Of a DNA stretch of 38,392 nucleotides, positions 35,103 to 38,392 are shown piece by piece. The notes under the pieces were generated by a model. It did not search any database, was not told the origin of the DNA, and saw only the letters and a list, made by a program, of their open reading frames with translations. Both the position numbers and the translations under genes were made by a program. Numbering within the stretch: the stretch's first letter is position 1; each line of letters starts with the position of its first letter. Location: NCBI GenBank assembly GCA_041486205.1, contig JBGPKY010000001.1, forward strand, positions 1 through 38,392, written 5' to 3'. Source of the DNA: Actinomycetota bacterium (GTDB taxonomy: Bacteria > Actinomycetota > UBA4738 > HRBIN12).

Positions 35103-35237
35103 CCTTGGAACCTCCTCTCGCGCCGGGCGAGGTCGCCCGGGCCGCCGCGTTCGAGCAGGCGGATTCTACCCACCGGCGAGGTCGAACGCGAAGGTCGCCC
35201 TCCCGAGAGGATCCCGAGGCTGGCCTGAAGGTCCGAT

Positions 35238-35801
35238 TCAGCCGGCGTTCGTCTTCAACGCGGCCCCGACAAGCGCGGACGCCAGCGCTGCGACGCCACC
35301 GATCGCGACGAACTGAAGACCGTCCCGCCACCAGGGACGGTCGGTGAGGCCACCCTTCCATCCCCCGAGTCCGAACAGAGCAACCACCGAGAGCGCTCCG
35401 GCGGCGACCATCGCCCAGTGGATCGGGAGGAACACGAACGGTGCGAGCGGGATGGCGGCGGCGATAGCCGCAGCGACGAACGTCACGATCGCCGCCCGGA
35501 ACGGATCCTTCATCCCGAGGTCGGCAGCGGTCGCGGCTCCGTTCTCCTTCCTCTCCGCCTTCAGGCGAAGGTCCCGCTCGGCGCAGGTGGAGGTGTAGAG
35601 GACGCCGCCCATCGAGATGGCCTCGGCTATCCCGGAGGCCACGCCAGCGAGCGCGACTATCTCCGTCTTGCCGGAGCCGATGGCGACTCCGAGAACGGTC
35701 GCGAGCACGTTGATCAGGTTGTCCTGCGCACCGAGGATGATCTCTCGCAGGTCGCCGCCTGCAGCTCGCCCGCCATGGCGGTCCTCGATCGCTGTTTCCA
35801 T
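35238..35801 (-). CDS. VIT1/CCC1 family transporter, short paralog
   Basis: Carries REIILGAQDNLINVLATVLGVA plus C-terminal TMs. The start is taken at ATG 35801 (187 aa). Confidence 0.65.
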   Translation of the reverse strand: METAIEDRHGGRAAGGDLREIILGAQDNLINVLATVLGVAIGSGKTEIVALAGVASGIAEAISMGGVLYTSTCAERDLRLKAERKENGAATAADLGMKDPFRAAIVTFVAAAIAAAIPLAPFVFLPIHWAMVAAGALSVVALFGLGGWKGGLTDRPWWRDGLQFVAIGGVAALASALVGAALKTNAG

Positions 35802-35873
35802 GCCTGAAGACTGCGAGCGTCTCGACGAGCCTCTTAGGGTCGAACGGCCGACGGCCAGCAGGACGGTCGGCCC

Positions 35874-35908
35874 AACACACAAGAAGGAGCGCCCAACGGC
35901 GCCCCTTC
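35874..35908 (-). terminator. rho-independent terminator after the tRNA
   Basis: In the minus-sense RNA, GAAGGGGCGCC-GUUG-GGCGCUCCUUC forms 11 bp with one G.U pair, followed by UUGUGUGUU. In plus sense the same position is an A x C mismatch, which supports minus-strand function. Confidence 0.55.
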
Positions 35909-35917
35909 GAAGCTTCG

Positions 35918-35991
35918 TCGCGGGGAGAGGATTTGAACCTCTGACCTCTGGGTTATGAGCCCAGCGAGCTACCGGACTGCTCCACCCCGCA
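35918..35991 (-). tRNA. tRNA-Met(CAU), initiator type
   Basis: The reverse complement is UGCGGGGUGGAGCAGUCCGGUAGCUCGCUGGGCUCAUAACCCAGAGGUCAGAGGUUCAAAUCCUCUCCCCGCGA. It has three G-C pairs closing the anticodon stem, A11, a UUCAAAU T-loop, and close overall resemblance to E. coli tRNA-fMet as I recall it. CCA is not encoded. Confidence 0.85.
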
Positions 35992-35996
35992 CGAGG

Positions 35997-36005
35997 ATGC
36001 TAGCA
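35997..36005 (-). promoter_or_regulatory. extended -10 box (TGC-TAGCAT) directly upstream of the tRNA
   Basis: The minus strand reads TGCTAGCAT, and only 5 nt separate it from tRNA nucleotide 1. Confidence 0.4.
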
Positions 36006-36023
36006 GACCCCTCGGAACGGACG

Positions 36024-36052
36024 CTCCCGGCCGCTCTTGGCGCGACCGGGAG
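36024..36052 (-). terminator. hairpin in the UPF0182-tRNA spacer (possible UPF0182 terminator)
   Basis: In the minus-sense RNA, CUCCCGGUCGC-GCCAAGA-GCGGCCGGGAG forms 11 bp with one G.U pair. In plus sense that position is a C x A mismatch. There is no U tract. Confidence 0.35.
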
Positions 36053-36337
36053 CTCAAACCTGTCGGGTGGTGCGTCCTCGACCAGCGCGGTCCTCACCTC
36101 CGATGACACCTTCGGCCTCCGGCCTGCTGCAGCAGGGCCGATAACCGTTTCCTGCGCCGCTCGGGCAACCATGCGGATGGGCCGGGGCTCATCGCCTGCC
36201 AGTGCCGCTCGCCCAGCTCGGCGCTTCTCCTTGTCGTCGGCACCACGGTAGGCAGGGACGCGATAAGCGGAGGTAAGGCGAGGAGAGCGCGCGGGCTAAA
36301 GGTTCGAGCGTCGCCGCGGCGTCGATCTCGCCGGCGG

Positions 36338-38392
36338 CTACGGGCTCGCCGACGGCGTCGCGGACGGTGTCACCGAAGGTCCCGGCGAGGGGCCTGTCAG
36401 CTGGCTCGCGAGCTGATTCGCCGCGGCGATCGCGTCCCTCGCGGCGTTTACCTCGGTCTGATAGAGCGCCAGGTTGCCCGCCTTGAGCGCCTGATCGGCC
36501 GCGGCGAAGTGGTCCGCGGCCTGTTTGATGAGCGCGGCGATCTGCTCCTGCACGCTTCCTCCGGGCGTCGGGCCACCACCGCCCCCTCCACCCGGAGCCT
36601 GGCCCGAATACGAATCCACGAGCGCCTGCCGAAGCGTGTTGCCGACGCCCACCGTTGCGCCGTTGCCGACGAGCACGAGCTTCAGCTCGGGGATCGCGTT
36701 CTGCTGTGAGCTCACGTACACGGGCTGGACGTACAGCAGCGCATCGGCAACCGGGATGACGAGGAAGTCGCCGAACTCGATCGTCGAGCCCGCCTGGCCG
36801 AGCAGCGTTCGCTGCTCCGAAAACCTTTGGTCCTGGTTCATCCTCGAGAAGACCTGCGACGGCCCGTCGACGTTCACTCCCGACGGGAACTCGTAGGAGA
36901 TGATCTGCCCGTAGCTCGATCCAGGGTCCGACCTGGCGGCCATCCACGCGACCATGTTCAACCGGCCCTGCGGCGAGAACGGCAGGATCAGCACGAACTG
37001 CTCGGTGGTCTCGCCCGGCAGCCGCATCAGCAGGTAGTAAGGGCGGATCGGCGGCGGCGTTCCGCCCCCGCTCACGTCGACCGTCGGATCGCCCGGCACC
37101 TGCCAGAAGTCCTGCTTGCCGTAGAACGTGTTCGGGTTCGTCACGTGATAGTTGGCGAACTGAGCCGCCTGCGCTTGGAAGAGGTTCTCCGGGTAGCGGA
37201 AGTGCGCCTGCAGCTCGGGTGACGCCTGGTCCATCGAGGTGAACAGCGTCGGGAACGCGTTCCTCCAGACCTGGATGATCGGGTCGGTCGGGTCGGACAC
37301 GTAGTACTTCACCGAGCCGTCGTACGCGTCCACGACCACCTTGACGGAGTTACGTATGTAGTTGGCGGTTCCGGTCAAGCTGTACTGGGCTCCCGAGTCG
37401 GAGGACGTCACCTTGGCGAGATCCGTCTGCTGCGAGTACGGGTACATGTTGGTCGTCGTGTACGCGTCCCAGATCCACACGAGGCGGCCGTCGACGATGG
37501 CCGCGTAGGGGTCGCCGTCGAACTTCAGGAACGGCGCCGCTTTGGGAACGCGCTGGTAGATGTCCCGGTAGATCATGATCCTGCTGTCGCTGTGGATCAG
37601 ACCGGAGATCAGCAGGTTCACGTCCTTGAAGCGCCAAGCGAAGAGCGCTCGCTGGAAGAAGCCGCCGACCGGTATGCCGCCGGTTCCTTGGTAGGTCGAT
37701 GACTGCTGGGTCTGGTCGGTCTTCTGGTAGTCGAGCTCCTGCGCGCCTGTGTTGGTGACCACGAAGGGCACGGCGTTGCTGTTCTCCCCGTAGTAGATCT
37801 GAGGAGTCGTGAGCACCGGTTGGCCCACCGGCGGGATGTCGAACAAAGTGAACTGCGGCGCACCCTCCGTCGTCGCCGTGTTCACCTGCGAGGCCACCGC
37901 GCCGTACCCATGCGTGTAGACCAGGTGCTGGTTCTGCCACGTACCACCGCCGGTGGGGATGCCGCCCTGGTTCACCTCGCGGGCCGAGAGCATCAGGACC
38001 CGTCGCTGCCCGTTCATGTCGTAGCGGTCGACGTCGACGTCCTGGAACTCGTAGTACTGCTTGATCCGCTGGAGCGACTGGAAGTTCTCCTTTAGAACCA
38101 GAGGCCGCCACACACGGATGTTCGAGATCGTGGAGTCGTTCGCCTTGACGTCCTGCGGGGTGACGTCGACCCCCGGCGTCCGCGCTTGCACATCGATGTT
38201 CGCTAGGTTGAACGCCGCTCGGGTGGCATTGATGTTGTCGATGATGTACGGCTGCTCCTTCTGGAACTCCTGCGGGTCCACCCTGAAGCGCTGTACGAAC
38301 GCCGGGTAGGCGCCGCCCACCACGAAGGACGAAAGACCGAGCAGCCCGACGGCGATCACCGGCAGCGCCCACCCGCGCCTGCGGATGTTCAC
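36338..38392 (-). CDS. UPF0182 family large membrane protein (C-terminal about 684 aa; N-terminus beyond window)
   Basis: Carries blocks that look typical of the family: RIKQYYEFQDVDVDRY, VYTHGYG, FYGKQDFWQVP, IRPYYLLMRLPGE and FLVIPVADALLYVQPVYV. The frame is open to the window end. Confidence 0.8.
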   Translation of the reverse strand: MNIRRRGWALPVIAVGLLGLSSFVVGGAYPAFVQRFRVDPQEFQKEQPYIIDNINATRAAFNLANIDVQARTPGVDVTPQDVKANDSTISNIRVWRPLVLKENFQSLQRIKQYYEFQDVDVDRYDMNGQRRVLMLSAREVNQGGIPTGGGTWQNQHLVYTHGYGAVASQVNTATTEGAPQFTLFDIPPVGQPVLTTPQIYYGENSNAVPFVVTNTGAQELDYQKTDQTQQSSTYQGTGGIPVGGFFQRALFAWRFKDVNLLISGLIHSDSRIMIYRDIYQRVPKAAPFLKFDGDPYAAIVDGRLVWIWDAYTTTNMYPYSQQTDLAKVTSSDSGAQYSLTGTANYIRNSVKVVVDAYDGSVKYYVSDPTDPIIQVWRNAFPTLFTSMDQASPELQAHFRYPENLFQAQAAQFANYHVTNPNTFYGKQDFWQVPGDPTVDVSGGGTPPPIRPYYLLMRLPGETTEQFVLILPFSPQGRLNMVAWMAARSDPGSSYGQIISYEFPSGVNVDGPSQVFSRMNQDQRFSEQRTLLGQAGSTIEFGDFLVIPVADALLYVQPVYVSSQQNAIPELKLVLVGNGATVGVGNTLRQALVDSYSGQAPGGGGGGGPTPGGSVQEQIAALIKQAADHFAAADQALKAGNLALYQTEVNAARDAIAAANQLASQLTGPSPGPSVTPSATPSASP

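Noticed and set aside
35969-36172. 67-aa minus-strand ORF and 98-aa plus-strand ORF (35955..36251) next to the tRNA.
   Set aside because: Both overlap the tRNA gene body, lack an RBS, and have atypical third-position composition for this genome.
1-38392. Mobile elements, prophage, CRISPR arrays, defence islands and toxin-antitoxin pairs.
   Set aside because: I could not see a transposase, integrase, recombinase, Cas-like or nuclease/ATPase defence signature, any direct-repeat array, or flanking inverted repeats by eye. The tRNA is not followed by an integrase. Composition looks uniform across the window.

Overview
This is a GC-rich, very gene-dense chromosomal segment with about 45 CDS and 1 tRNA. 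Most gaps are under 100 bp, several genes share 4-nt start/stop overlaps, and two convergent gene pairs share their stop codons. The gene content looks actinobacterial: a WhiB1-like protein, a SigH/SigR sigma factor with a ZAS anti-sigma partner, a Bpa proteasome activator ending in GQYL, a family-5 UDG (UdgB), UPF0182, a PIG-L deacetylase, and many leaderless-type starts. I saw no transposase, integrase, phage genes, CRISPR array, rRNA or long repeats, so this reads as core chromosome rather than a mobile island. In order, the window holds an M20 peptidase (5' partial), bpa, a PotABCD-like importer operon, divergent pyrD/pyrE, an AI-2E/DUF421/DUF309/methyltransferase operon, a GH38 mannosidase-like gene, a scramblase-related protein and a VIT1/CCC1 transporter. 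Next come a MarR/GNAT divergent pair, a small secreted Cys-pair protein, an ABC exporter, MgtC, a DinB-like mini-ORF coupled to udgB, a DrrAB-like exporter, a secreted S53 peptidase, a hypothetical gene with GDPD, and whiB1-like. A tightly packed seven-gene minus-strand operon follows (PAS, PIG-L deacetylase, PLP decarboxylase, S51 peptidase-like, ABM-like, nitrilase, nth). After it come a small Zn-ribbon gene, rshA, sigH, ftsH, a cNMP-binding/alpha-beta hydrolase/GT2 operon, a second VIT paralog, an initiator tRNA-Met and UPF0182 (partial). The best candidate for an undescribed system is the PAS-to-nitrilase operon at 25051..29628, which I could not map to any pathway I know. Secondary candidates are the cNMP-sensor/hydrolase/GT2 operon whose GT carries a CysRS-C-terminal-like domain, the 61-aa Zn-ribbon gene downstream of sigH-rshA, and the 105-aa DinB-like ORF translationally coupled to udgB. 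All family calls come from motif recognition by eye. No database search was run.
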